A model generated the notes under the pieces. The model made no database searches. It was not told the DNA's origin and saw only the letters and a program-made list of their open reading frames with translations. A program made the translations under genes and the position numbers. This document shows, one piece after another, positions 38,501 through 51,090 of a stretch of DNA of 64,000 bases (its first letter is position 1; every line of letters starts with the position of its first letter). The stretch is from Octopus vulgaris (taxonomy: Eukaryota): contig OX597817.1 in NCBI GenBank assembly GCA_951406725.2, positions 114,080,001 through 114,144,000 on the forward strand, given 5' to 3'.

Positions 38501-40466
38501 TTGTAGATCCTTTGTCCTTTGCTTCAGCAACACCAGGCTGAAAACTGTGATAGTGATAATATAATATTATCACTTTTCTGTTGCCAGAGAAAACTCCAGC
38601 TGAAGTAACCTATATGCTGCCATATGGTGTACTTCTGTTGCCATCACTCTCATCACCACAATCATTGCCTCTGCTTTATTTCAATTCCACCTACAAGTTA
38701 ATGATAAATAAATGAGAGAGGTTGATCTTGTTAGTCTGCTTCTCCTGTGTATACTGCACTATAATCTTGTTTGCATATGGCTTTCTCACTTCTGTCCCCT
38801 TCAAGCTGTGTACATTTAGACTAAACTGTTTCACTTCTCTCTGTCTGCATGCATGCCTGTCTGTTGTTGCTTCTGCTGCTGTTGTTATTTTTATTGTTGC
38901 TTATTCTCGAGACTATAATATTCCATTTGAAGCTGTCTAGAGGCTCCCTCTTTGAACCATCTGTTGTTGTTGAACACTGAATCAGAAAGAACAGATCAAA
39001 GATAGTTCAGCCATGACTTTCTTTCTCATTATTTCTTCAGAGAAAACGTTTCTTAAAACTATCTCCTTTTCACCTTCTTGTACCTTGAGAATCCACCCTG
39101 ACACCTCATCACTACAATTTTTATTTCTTTCTAGCTCCACTCCAATTACTTTCACTCACTCTTCTATAATCTGAGTAGCTATGTAGTTACCCTACAGCAA
39201 GGAACCTGTTCTGTTCTTGCTCCTCTCATATCCTAGCACAAAACTACCTCCCTTTCTACTTAGTCAAAGGGGATCTTAATCTTGTAAGCTGCATGGTGAC
39301 CTCACTAGTGCTGGTGCCTTGAAAAAAGAAAGTATCCAGTACACTTTGCAAAGTGGTTGGTATTAGGAAGGGTATCCAACCATAGAAATCATTCAAAAGC
39401 AGACATGGGGATGTAATGTTGTCTTTGGGCCTGCCAGGTCCCATCAAACCATCTGACCCATGCCAACATGGAAGATGGACATAAAATGATGATGATGATG
39501 ATGATGATGACTTTATTTATTCCCTTTTCAAGACGAGATTTATGATTTGAAGGAGTCTTGGCTGCCACTTCTAGTAAGTTGAATGACCATGTAAGGAAAA
39601 GTGATTTTACTTTTCTGTAATTGAATAATGTTGCTATATTGCTTTAGTTTGGCATCTCTGATTTCTCTAGAAAGATCTCTTACTGCTGATATTAGTATTG
39701 ATAGTTTCTAGGTGATCTGTTTGTAAGACAGAGCTGAAAGTTGAGAAATCTCAATTAATTATGAGTAAGATCATAATCATAAGAGATTCCAAACCACACT
39801 GTAATCAAGTAATCAAATCCACACATTTTAACACTTTCTTTATGTTTTCTGGAGTTAATATTCAGGCCACATTGATATCTAGAGTCTACTTTGCACATAC
39901 ATCAAATTTTTATGCCCTGTTTGGCCAGCTTCCCAAGCTTAAGTTCACAGAATTTCAGCCTGTCCTTGAATGAAATTATACCTTCATCAACCAATAACTT
40001 TCTTGGTTTGAGGCAATAATTTATGCAGCAGTTTTTCACTGCTAAAAGCATTCACACTTTATTTAGCGGGTCAGAATTTTGTATTGGCCTCTTTTAGTTA
40101 GAAGTAAGTATTTCACAGTTGAAAATAATGCATTCAGGATATAAAACAATCTCTTTTCATTAAACTTGTTATGAAACTATCTCCAGTACAGTGATCTGTG
40201 CCCCAGTAATTGATTATCACTATATTCTCACAAAGATATTAATGTCACCATGCATTTGCAGATTTTTGAACTAGGTAAAAGCAGTGTAAATGGATCATTA
40301 ACAGTTTCGAAGATAAATAGTCATTGTGAAAGCATATAGACTAGTGGTTAAGATGTTTGGCTCATGATTATAAAATTGTGGGTTCAATTTCTGGACCAGG
40401 CAGTGCATTATGCCCTTGATCAAAGTATTTCCCATTACTTCAGCCTACTCAGCTGAAAATGAGTAC

Positions 40467-40760
40467 CTTTCTCCTCTCTCTCTCCTCCTCTCCTCTGCCT
40501 CTCTCTCCTCCTCCTCTCTCTCCTCCTCCTCTCTCTCCTCCTCTCTCTTCTCCTCATCTCTCTCCTCCTCTCTCTCCTTCTCTCTCTTCTCCTCATCTCT
40601 CTTCTCCCCTCGCTCCTCTTCTCTCCTCCTCCTCTCTCTCTCTCTCTCTCTCTCCTCCCTCTTCCTCCTCTCTCTACTCTTTCTCTCCTCCTCCCCTTCC
40701 CCTCTCCTCCTCCTCTCTCTACTCTTTCTCTCCTCCTCTCTCCCTCCCTCCCCCTCCATC
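40467..40760. repeat. polypyrimidine (CT/CCT)n tract
   Basis: About 290 bp of almost only C/T, following a decayed SINE C head (40325-40466). Confidence 0.9.
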
Positions 40761-42128
40761 ACATCCCTATGGTGGAGTTGAGGGCTGTCTATGTTGTTGA
40801 CATACGATTACATAGACACTTAAAAACATTTAGAAAAAGTATGATACATGTTACCAAACTCTACCTGTTTGTGTCTGATAGCTTTCTCACTCTTTAATCA
40901 TTGCCCAGTCAAGTACCTTTTTAAGTAGCATGCAAGTAGCTGAAAATTTAACAGATGTGCACCTTTATGCAGTGCAGGGAATGGCATGCCAAAGAACAGA
41001 CCCAATGTTTTCTCTGTGTGTCGTCAAAAGCAACTGAAAGAGGTTGAGATAGGATTTGTACTCTGACCTCATAAAACCCTTATCAGCAGTGACTACCCAA
41101 ATGCACCCAGGTGTTGGAAGGTTGTTGCCTGAGTGGTGCAAAGGTCTCATCAACCAGGAGTAGCAAATCACCGACAAATGGTGGATGCAGTGATACACTG
41201 CAACAGCACATTTCCTCATACCTGTCCTTACCTGCACCCTTATCATAATTTTCAGGTAGAATCAAAATGACACAGTGTGACCAGGCTGGGTCTTTGAATT
41301 ACTGATTCAATCCATCCAGTAGGCTTTCATGTAGTTTCTGTTTCTCCAATTTCACTCACGAAGCTTGGATTGATGTAATATTATGGTAAAAGACAGTGTT
41401 ACATCAATTTTGAGAGTTACTACCCTTGTGTGTGTGTGTGTGTGTAAAGGAGCACTTTACACTTGTTAACACACACACACACACACACACCACAAGTTTC
41501 TGCAGTCTTTATCTATCAAATTCCACTCACAAAGCTTTAATTGGGCAACACATGGCTAATGTAGAAGGTTCTGGTCTAAGAAACAGGGCAGTAAGAATTA
41601 ATCCTAAAACGCTTGAACACACATCCATGCTTGTGTCCTTACAAATTAAAAAAAAAAAATGGTTTCAAATTTGTGTGTGTGTGTGTGTTGCATGTGTGTG
41701 TGTGTGTGTGTGTGTACACATGTGTGTATATGTATGCATTTATGCTTATCTAGAGCAGATTTCAGTCATTTAATGATGAAGGCCCAAATAATAATAATCT
41801 TTCCTACTCTAGGCACAAGGCCTGAAAATTTTGGGGAGGGTACTGGTAAATTAGATCAATCCCAGTACGCAACTGGTACTTAATTTATCAACCCTGAAGG
41901 GATGAAAGGCAAAGTTGGCCTCAGCGGAATTTGAACTCAGAATACCACTAAACATTTTATCCAGTGTGCTAACGTTTCTGCCAGCTAAAAAAACAAAACA
42001 AAAAAAAAAACAAAAAACAGATTTGATTGACAATATTTTCCAAGACCTGTTGAATGTCAGTTCCAACTGGTTAGGTAATTTTCAGATGTGAATAAATTGT
42101 TGTTTTAAATCGATGATGGTGATGATGA

Positions 42129-42195
<67 letters not shown>

Positions 42196-42579
42196 ACTAT
42201 TACTACTACCACCACCACTATACTATAACCACTACGACCATCACCACTACTTCTACTATGATGATGATGATAAATACTTGCAAAAAGAGATGTTTCCTTT
42301 GATTCCCATCATACATTGTCATATATTTTCATTTCTATTGTAATTTTTATATGTCTGGCCTGTAACATTTTCATAGAAAACATAACTTTTATCATATAAA
42401 ACAGCTATTATTACAACAAAGAAACTCACATACATACTCACGCACATACAAGGTTTATGAAATGAGGTCTGGTAGTTCTGGTTAGGAATAAAAGAATTTA
42501 AAGATCTTTACAGTGTGACTTCTAACCATTGTACCCCCCACCCACACACATACACACACTTAACCCTTTATGTCCTAAG

Positions 42580-42735
42580 ACATGGCTGTGTGGTAAGAAG
42601 TTTGCTTCTCAACCACATGGTTTCAGGTTCTGTCCCACTGTGTGGCACCTTGGGCAAGTGTTTTCTACTAAAGCCTCAGGCTGGCCAAAGCCTTGTGAAT
42701 GGATTTTGGTAGATGGAACCTGAAAGAAGCCACTC

Positions 42736-42766
<31 letters not shown>

Positions 42767-42947
42767 ACTCTGTAAGGTGGTTGGTGTAAGGAAAAGCATC
42801 CATGCCAAAATGGACAGTAAAGCCTGGTGCAGTCTTCTGGCTTGACAAAATCATCCAACTCATATCAGCATGATAAAACGGACATTAAAGGATAATGATG
42901 GTGGTGGTGGTGGTGGTGGTGATGATGATGATGATTACGATGATTAC

Positions 42948-43039
<92 letters not shown>

Positions 43040-43250
43040 TGTGTGTGTACTTGTTCTCCAACCACAGCTTCACAACCAGTGTTGGTGTATTTACACCCCC
43101 ATGACTTAGTTGTTTGGCAAAAGAGCCCAATAGCATAAGTACAAAACTTTAAAAAAATGAGTACAGGGGCTGATTCATTTGACCAAAATTCTTCAAGTTG
43201 GTGTCCCAGCATGGCTGCAGTGTAATGACTGAAACGTAAAAATATAAAAA
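42580..43250 (+). mobile_element. SINE family A with an R-type tail fragment nested in its microsatellite
   Basis: Head 42580-42735, R fragment 42765-42900 followed by (GAT)n, A tail 43050-43250. Confidence 0.8.
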
Positions 43251-43734
43251 AAAAAAAAAAATTGAGACTTATTTCTCACTTTTAGTTGTCAAGGTATTTT
43301 ATATTGACTTAAAATGTAGTAAGTGTTACTATGCTTTAATTTCTGTATAACCTCCTGCAGACTGGTGTGCAAACCAGAGACTTTAAGGCTAATTTTCACT
43401 GCAGCCTTGAATATCCAATTTGAAAACATCCACCCCTGAGGATGATGGCTTCATCTCAGTCAGCAGCACAAAGACTCAGTCACTGTGTAATCTGCATATC
43501 AAGAAAACAGTCATACATCACATCAGCTAAATGTCTCAAAGTTGCTATGATTACTGTGACTTACTATCTCTGAAGATCCTTCATGTTAATTGTCTTAAGA
43601 TATATAATCTAACGGATTTTGTGTGTTTCATAAATGGCTTATAAACACCCTTCCACGTTGCAATTGTTTTCGTTCCAGCGCACAATCTCAGATCAGGTCA
43701 CTTGCTATGCAAGTACATCTCCGTAAATATAAGT

Positions 43735-43952
43735 TTATGTTTTTTATTTAAGTCGAAAAACTTTTCACAAACAGTTCCTCAGAGTTTCCTGTTCATCAGA
43801 CAGTTGTATGATCATTAGTATGATTACAACTGTCTGACAAACGGTAATGTGAAATGCTGAGTAACAGTTTGTGAAGATTTTTTCGGCTTTAATAAAATGC
43901 ATGTTACTCTACCTTTGGTATTTGAGTACTATTTTTGTCCACCTTGTTTGCT
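43735..43952. mobile_element. Penelope-like element remnant: inverted pair of termini, each carrying a decayed hammerhead ribozyme
   Basis: 43745-43807 is the imperfect reverse complement of 43826-43895. Plus arm: aactgt-CTGACAA-acg gtaa tgt-GAAAT-gctga-GTA-acagtt. Minus arm: aactgt-CTGATGA-acag-GAAAC-tctga-GGA-actgtt. Confidence 0.65.
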
Positions 43953-44424
43953 GATTTGTGTGGATATGAAAGTTTGTGTTTGTCCTGAGCATTGAGGTGA
44001 TGGTGTACATGCATGGTTTAAATTGGGCTGGACATGTCATTCATATGAATGATCAAATGATCCCTAAGTAGATGCTCTCTAGTGAATTTGTTTGTAGAAA
44101 GCACACCCAACAGAAACCAAGACTTTGATTTAAATATTGTGTGAAGTCCTTCTTGAAGGCATGTGAAATATGGGAGATCAACTGGGACAGCAATGCTTGT
44201 CATTACCACCAATGAAGGAAACAAGTAAAGGAAGAAGTGGATATTTTTGAAAAAAACATGCATTTTTTAATGTAGAATTTAAGTGAGCTGCTCAGAAATG
44301 CACTGCCATGTAGTGAAAGGTGCAAGTTTGGTATGTAATATTTGTGGGCATGTATGTTTAGCAAGACCTGGGCTAATTAGTCACCAGCAGAGCCACAAGA
44401 GTAAAGTATAAATTTGTCTCAATG

Positions 44425-44945
44425 CACAGTGGGCAACACTCCCCCCACCCCCCCAAAAAAACCCACCCTTTTTTTTTAAACATGCAGAAAAATACAGAGA
44501 TTATGATTCTGAAAAAAACTTCCCAAGACTTTTGTAAAATTTTTTTAAAGAATTTTTTTTCTTCTAAATATGCGGAAAAGTATGGACATTATGATTCGGA
44601 CAAAAATTTCAAAACATTTATGTAGTTAAGGTTAGGGTTTTAGGGTTAGGGTTAGGGTTTTAGGGTTTTAGGGTTTTAGGGTTGGGGTTAGGGTTTTAGG
44701 GTTAGGGTTAGGGTTTTAGGGTTAGGGTTAGGGATTTAGGGTTAGGGATTTAGGGTTAGGGTTAGTATTAGGGAAAAAAGTAAAAATTGAAGATTTGGTG
44801 GGGTGGGAATTTTCACAATGCCGATTTTTTAGCAATTTTCCGGAACCCCTGTATCTGAAAATGGGGTTTTTTGGCCAAAAAAAAAGACAAATTTTTTAGA
44901 AAATGGATGGGGTGTGGGTGGGGGTGGAAGTCTTTCCGCACAATG
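44425..44945. mobile_element. putative TIR element with internal telomeric repeats
   Basis: Ends cacagtgggcaacactccccccacc and ggtgggggtggaagtctttccgcacaatg are imperfect inverted repeats; a TTAGGG array lies inside. Confidence 0.55.
44625..44773 (+). repeat. interstitial telomeric repeat (TTAGGG/TTTTAGGG/ATTTAGGG)
   Basis: About 20 tandem units, directly visible. Confidence 0.95.
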
Positions 44946-45644
44946 TTCTCAATGGTTAGTGGTGGTCTTTCTCAGTTACAAGTGGACAGCCATCATCGTG
45001 TATGTATGTAAATATGTTTTTCTTTCTTTCTATCACTCTTCCTTCCTTTCTTTTTTCTTTCTGTCTTTTTTTCTTTCTTTCATTATCTCCTTTTCTCTGA
45101 TTTAACAGAGATTTAGCTGTTACTTTTAGTAGGTTAAGTGTCTGTTTATAACAATAGTTCTCAATATTTTTGACTTACCAGTGCACTCCACATGGAAAAT
45201 ATAAGAAAATGCTCTGAGATAATCCCATTTGCTTAGTCAAGGCTGGCCTGGGAATAAAACAATAACCCCTTTCCTCTTAACTGTGTCTTGCTAAAAAAAA
45301 GAGGGAAAATATCAGCCTTAAAACTTCTGCCTAATCCTTTATACATATAATTATGTTTGTGTATGTGTTTGTGCTTGTTCCCACCACTGCTTGACATTTA
45401 TTGTTGGTTTATCACTGTCCCTATAACTTAGTAGTTCAGCAAAAAAAAACTGAGAGAATAAGTTCCAGATTTAAAAAGTAAGTGCTTAGTTAATAATCCA
45501 TTCTTGAGTCACTGATTAAAATTTTATTGGTGGTATTCATCTTGAGGAAGCATCTGTAGTAGACAGAAGTATCAATAGAAGTGTCTAGCAGCTGACTACA
45601 TCTGCTACTGATACTTCTGTGATTCTTAATACTATACATCTCTG

Positions 45645-45823
45645 ACGAGGTGCTGAAAAGTTTCTGACTTTGGGTAAAAGAAAACTCAGAAGGATCAGTA
45701 AATTATGATTTTATTCAACCTGCTTCCCTCTCAGATTCACACACTTATAGCAGCAGTCCTTCAGTTTTTCTAAGCCATATAAATGATACCCTTAAAGCCA
45801 GGAACTTTTCAGCACACTCACAT
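45645..45823 (-). mobile_element. mariner-derived MITE
   Basis: TIRs gtgctgaaaagtttctgacttt / aaagccaggaacttttcagcac. The minus strand retains GLEKLKDCCYKCVNLRGKQVE*, the mariner terminal KCVxxxGxYVE motif. Confidence 0.82.
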
Positions 45824-46618
45824 ATGAGATGTTTTCTCCTTATGAATACCACAGTAGTGTGGCTTTCTTATGGTATATCTACGTTAAGTAAGATACCCAG
45901 ATTATTATTCAGAACTTATACAGCTTCTGTCACTAATGACAAAATTTTATTTTTATTGTTGTTGTTTAACCTGATGTCATCCCTCATCAAAGACTTATGA
46001 TGAAAAGCATTCTATTTTCGACCATCTTTTTGACCATCATACTTGGCCTGACTGAGCAGACCACATCAATCAGTCATTTTAATTTTGACTATTCTGTAGT
46101 TTATTTGCGCATAGTGTGTCTAGGATTACATTATCCAATATGGCCTTCATTTTTTAAAGTTGTGATTAATTATTCCAACACTAATCTGCTTGTGTATACT
46201 AAATTAGAAGCATTCATTGAAATTTTCTTGTTAATTTATGTTCCAAAACACCAGCTTAATAATGACAAAGTCTTTTTACTAAATTCTTCATTATTTTCAA
46301 AATTAATTGAAAGAAAAGTAGTGTAATTTGGAAGAAACCTGGTAAGAAAGGGTGAAGGAAAATTTGGCTGTTACTTCTGGGTAGATTTGAATGGATCATT
46401 GAATATTGTATAATGAAGACAATGTTTGTAATTTCATGGCACACTGACAATTAAATAAAAAAATTACTGATACATTTTTGTAAGGAAAGTTTAAAAACAA
46501 GTTCTAAAATTAAAAAAAATTTAGAAAAATATATAGAAAATAATTTCTTAACTTCTTTATTAATCATAAATAATATGTTTTTAAACACTTAAGCATTAAT
46601 ATGGATTTTCTAAAGCCA

Positions 46619-46845
46619 TCCCTTTTGTTACCATATTTCTGTTGAAAGACACTGCCTTTGTTTCAATTAATTTTGAAACTAATGAGGAATTCAGTAAAAT
46701 AATTTTGTCTTTATTAAGCTAGTGTTTGGAATATGAAATTAACATGAAATCTTTGTAGGAGATTTTAATTTAGATTCTTTTAAAACAGGAAGTTTATATC
46801 ATAGGACTGGGGATGGATTTGGATGAGTTCTTAATTAAAAGGAGT
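46619..46845 (+). mobile_element. piggyBac-type MITE family P2
   Basis: ccttttgttaccatatttctgttgaaa...; aligns to 32070-32302, right end degraded. Confidence 0.78.
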
Positions 46846-47025
46846 ATCTAGGTGTGTCACAGATTTCTGAAAAATCTGTGACATGCCTAGATACTCTTTC
46901 TAGTGCATCAGTGCACCATAACACACTATTTAAGAACCACTGGCATTGAATCTCCTGTTTTGTCTGGTTATTTTATGATTTTTTTTGCTTCTGGTCTTGC
47001 TGCTGTTCATGAATTTAGTCCCTTA

Positions 47026-47190
47026 TCATCATCATCATCATCATCGTTTAACGTCCGCTTTCCATGCTAGCATGGGTTGGACGGTTCAACTGGGGTCTGG
47101 GAAGCCCGAAGGCTGCACCAGGCCAGTCAGATCTGGCAGTGTTTCTACAGCTGGATGCCCTTCCTAATGCCAACCACTCCGAGAGTGTAG
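47026..47190 (-). mobile_element. short RTE-tail repeat (family R)
   Basis: (cat)n cgtttaacgtccgctttccatgctagcatgggttggacgg...gcccttcctaatgccaaccactcc. Other copies at 31040-31190 (+), 39300-39510 (+), 60528-61030 (-) and 63075-63385 (-). Confidence 0.85.
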
Positions 47191-48526
47191 TATATATATA
47201 TATATATATATTTATATATTTATATTTATATATATATTTATATTTATATATATGTTTCTGATGTGCTTTATGCTAGGCTTGGGTGACCTGTGACATGTGT
47301 CACTTGGATTGCATACAGCCTTTTATGATATTTTCTGGGCATACATATCATTACTTAAGCATTTTAACTTTTTACTAAATTTTTATGTTATCATAAGACC
47401 AGTTCAGATATGTGTGACATATATTTGAACCTGTAAAAGCTTTTCACTGCTGTTTGTCATAGAAAAAAAAAATTCTCGATTAAGACAAAAGGTGTTTAGA
47501 CATCATAGTCAGACAGAGGTGAATTTTCTTCTCCATGACAGACTGCAGTGAAAAGCCTTTACAGGTCTAAGTATATCTCAAACACATTTGAACTAGCCCT
47601 AAGTTTCTATACTTTCCATTGCTGCTTTGTGTATTTTTCTTACATATTTGTTCAAACCTGGCAGGCTGTGCAATTAGTAAATAATATTTAGTGACTTATG
47701 ATAAAGGAAGCTTTGCTTCTTAATTAGCTCAGAGTTGCTTCTCTTTGTATCTGGTACTGAGGGGAAGAAAAGAGTTTGAAATGCATCCATAAGATCAATA
47801 GAAGGCACTCTGTACTGACTATAATGTTTTTAATACCTCTTGTCAAAAGCAAGTTTTTTCTCCATGACAGACTACAGTGAAAAACTTTTACATACATCTC
47901 AAACATATCTGAACTGGTCTTAGGTTTGTATAGTTTGTCATTGCTTTGCACATCTGCTCATGTATTTGTAATATAAATTCAACACTAATATCTTTTTATA
48001 TCTTTTGTGTATTATATTTTTATGACATATTTTGTGTAATACATACATTACACTAAACATATAAAGATATATTACACCAAACATCTTACACAAGTGTAGC
48101 TTTGATTTATGATGAGCAAATATCCCATAAAGTGCACTTATTAAAAAAGAGGGTTGTACATGTCTGCTTCAGGCTATGAATCTAAATAATATATTCTCAT
48201 CACCTGCATTATTACTGGGAAAGGTTGGTTGTGTTGTTACACATTTCATAATAGAATGTAGACGGGTTTCAACATATTTACAGATAAGTGTAACACACAA
48301 CATCACACATCAATTTACTGGAGTGTTTCTGAATTTTGGAAGTTCTGTCTTTATGTGCTTCTATTGTAACACATCTACATCTTAAAGACAGCAGAGAATG
48401 AGTTTCAAAAAATAAAAAAATAAAATAAAAATGTATGTTAAATGAAATTATGAGGCTGCTACATTTACTATTGCCATTGATGTTGATGATGATGATAACT
48501 AAGGAAAAATAAGTGATCGAACTGAC

Positions 48527-48572
<46 letters not shown>

Positions 48573-48728
48573 CATACATACATATATATATATACATATA
48601 TATATATATATGAAAAGTAAAATAGAATTAATTCTGGATTCATGTGAGGCTAGAAGAAAGCAGTAATAATGTGCAGTTTAGAAAGAGAATATAGCAAATG
48701 ATTCTGGAGACTTGAAGAGGAACAAGAA

Positions 48729-48781
<53 letters not shown>

Positions 48782-48941
48782 AATAAAGAAATAAAAAAAA
48801 AATCAATAAATTTGGGTACACTTTATTTCCAACTCCTCAAAAGAAATTGAGTCTGAACAGAGATGAATGATGGATTGAAATTGAGCTTTAGACATGAATA
48901 TTAGTTATATATGCATGCGTACATACATACATACGTACATA

Positions 48942-48984
<43 letters not shown>

Positions 48985-48989
48985 TGTAG

Positions 48990-49042
<53 letters not shown>

Positions 49043-49147
49043 GTATGCGTATATGATGTATGTAAATATACATACAGAGGTGTATATATACATACACACG
49101 CAGTGTGTGTGTGTGTGTGTGCAGATGTATATACATGCATATATACG

Positions 49148-49182
<35 letters not shown>

Positions 49183-50514
49183 GGCAAATTTCACCATAAA
49201 ACATTATGGGAGATTTTTAACCATTTTTTTCCCAAAGAAAAAAATTTTTTTAAATGAAAGTAAAAAAAAGGAGTAAAATAACTAATAAGTCAAAAGACAC
49301 ATGCATATGCACAATAGGATTATATGACATCCATTTGGAAGTCTAAAAGATAAATGTGGCAGCAGTAATTGGGTAAGAAAGAACTTAACTTTTTTTTTGC
49401 TGTTGTTGTTTTTGCTTTACTTGGATAAATTTTTTTTTCTGACTTTCCAACAAACTGTGTTCGAGAAAGAGCAAAGAAATAGAGAGAAAAAATAAAGTTA
49501 GCTTGTGTGTGTGTCTGTGTGTGTGTGTGTGTATGCATGTGTGAGTGTGTGTGTGTTAGGGAGAGAGAAGAAGAGAGTGAAAGTGAAAGTGAGGTAGGTA
49601 GACAGAGAGAAAGAGCTTGAAGGATAGGCAAAAAATTGGTGGTGGTGGTGGTGGGGAGGTAATGATGAATGCATGAGATAGATAGATGATTGTAGGAAAT
49701 GAAAGGGAAAAAAGAAGAAAACAAAAAAAAATGAAAGAAAAGAGGAGAATGAGAAATTATAAGCTTTATCTGAAAAGAAAGAAAGAAAGAAAGACAGAAA
49801 CTCCGTACCTTTCCTCCATAGCTTCACTCAAAGAATAAGAAAGAAATAAAAGAAATTAAAGTAAAAAATCAAAATTCTTACTTGCTGCAAGAAGTTATAA
49901 ACTAGTGATCATGTCGTTAGTGATTGTGATGGTTGGTGATGGAGGTGGTGATGATGAGGGTGGTGATGATGAGGGGGTTTTGGTGGCAGTGGAATTGGTG
50001 GTATTACTGGTAGTGATGGTGATGATGGTGGTGACACTCCTCCCCCATGCTGTTGTTAGAAATTGTCAGTTGTAATTGTTAGTGCTCTTCAGAGTGATGG
50101 TAGTGGTAATGGTGGTAGTGGTGATGGTAGTGTTGGTGACGGTGGTAGTGGTGATGGTGGTGTTAGTAATGGTAGTGTTGGTGATGTAGTTGATGGTGTT
50201 AGTGGTGGTACTGGTGGTGTTAGTGATGGATGTGATGCTGGTGGTGGTGGACTGGTGGTGGTGCTGGTAGTGATGCTAGTTTTGGTGGTGGTTGTAGTGA
50301 TGGTGATAGTGGCAGTAATGGTAGTGTTGGTGGCAGTGGTGGTGGTGGTGATGTTGATGCTGGTCTTTGTAGTCCTTAGTACTGTTGATGGTAGTGGTGG
50401 TGTTCGTAATGGTGATGGTACTGGTGGTGGTACTAGTGGAAGAGAGGGCTTGTTGTTAGTTTTAGTTGTTAGTGCTGTTTGTAGTAGTAGTAGTGGTAGT
50501 AGTAGCCATAGTGG

Positions 50515-50545
<31 letters not shown>

Positions 50546-50921
50546 AGTAGTTGTCGGGGATAGAATCGAAGTTCTATATTTATGTCGAAGATTTACTAGC
50601 TGTAGGTTAGGTGCAGTGACATACCACGACATAGCTCAGAAATCTATGCTTTCAAAACAAGAATTAAGTTAGTTAATTCTAAGAATTGAATGTCTGTATA
50701 TATATATATATATGTGTGTGTGTTTGTGTGCATGCACATGTGTGTGTGTTTATATATATGGATATATATATATATATATATACACATGCGCACACACACA
50801 CACATATATGGATGTGTGTGTGAATACTTCAAAATGTGTAACATATTAATCAAGTCTACGTGCTTTTATGAAAACATGTATTGAGCACTTTAATGCACTG
50901 ATAAGAAGTATATCTATTCTG

Positions 50922-50953
<32 letters not shown>

Positions 50954-50984
50954 TTATACCTTTCTTTGCATGTGTGTATGTGTC

Positions 50985-51026
<42 letters not shown>

Positions 51027-51055
51027 TATACATATATACACATTTGTATGTGTGT

Positions 51056-51090
<35 letters not shown>

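Noticed and set aside
40410-40800. Ser/Leu/Pro-rich and Glu/Arg-rich ORFs
   Set aside because: Translation of a (CT)n polypyrimidine tract.
44425-44431. CACAGTG as a Transib/RAG recombination-signal heptamer
   Set aside because: The opposite end reads cattgtg, no clear nonamer or 5-bp TSD is visible, and a 7-mer is expected by chance.
44625-44773. True chromosome end or telomere-fusion site
   Set aside because: Short, degenerate, single orientation, and embedded in ordinary sequence on both sides.
45641-45665. CTGACGA...GAAA as a hammerhead core (also 52536-52570)
   Set aside because: The first is a mariner TIR; the second has no GAAA or closing stems.
50063-50672. Gly/Val-rich 166-aa ORF with an apparent hydrophobic segment
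   Set aside because: Degenerate (GGT/GAT)n repeat with a non-ATG start.
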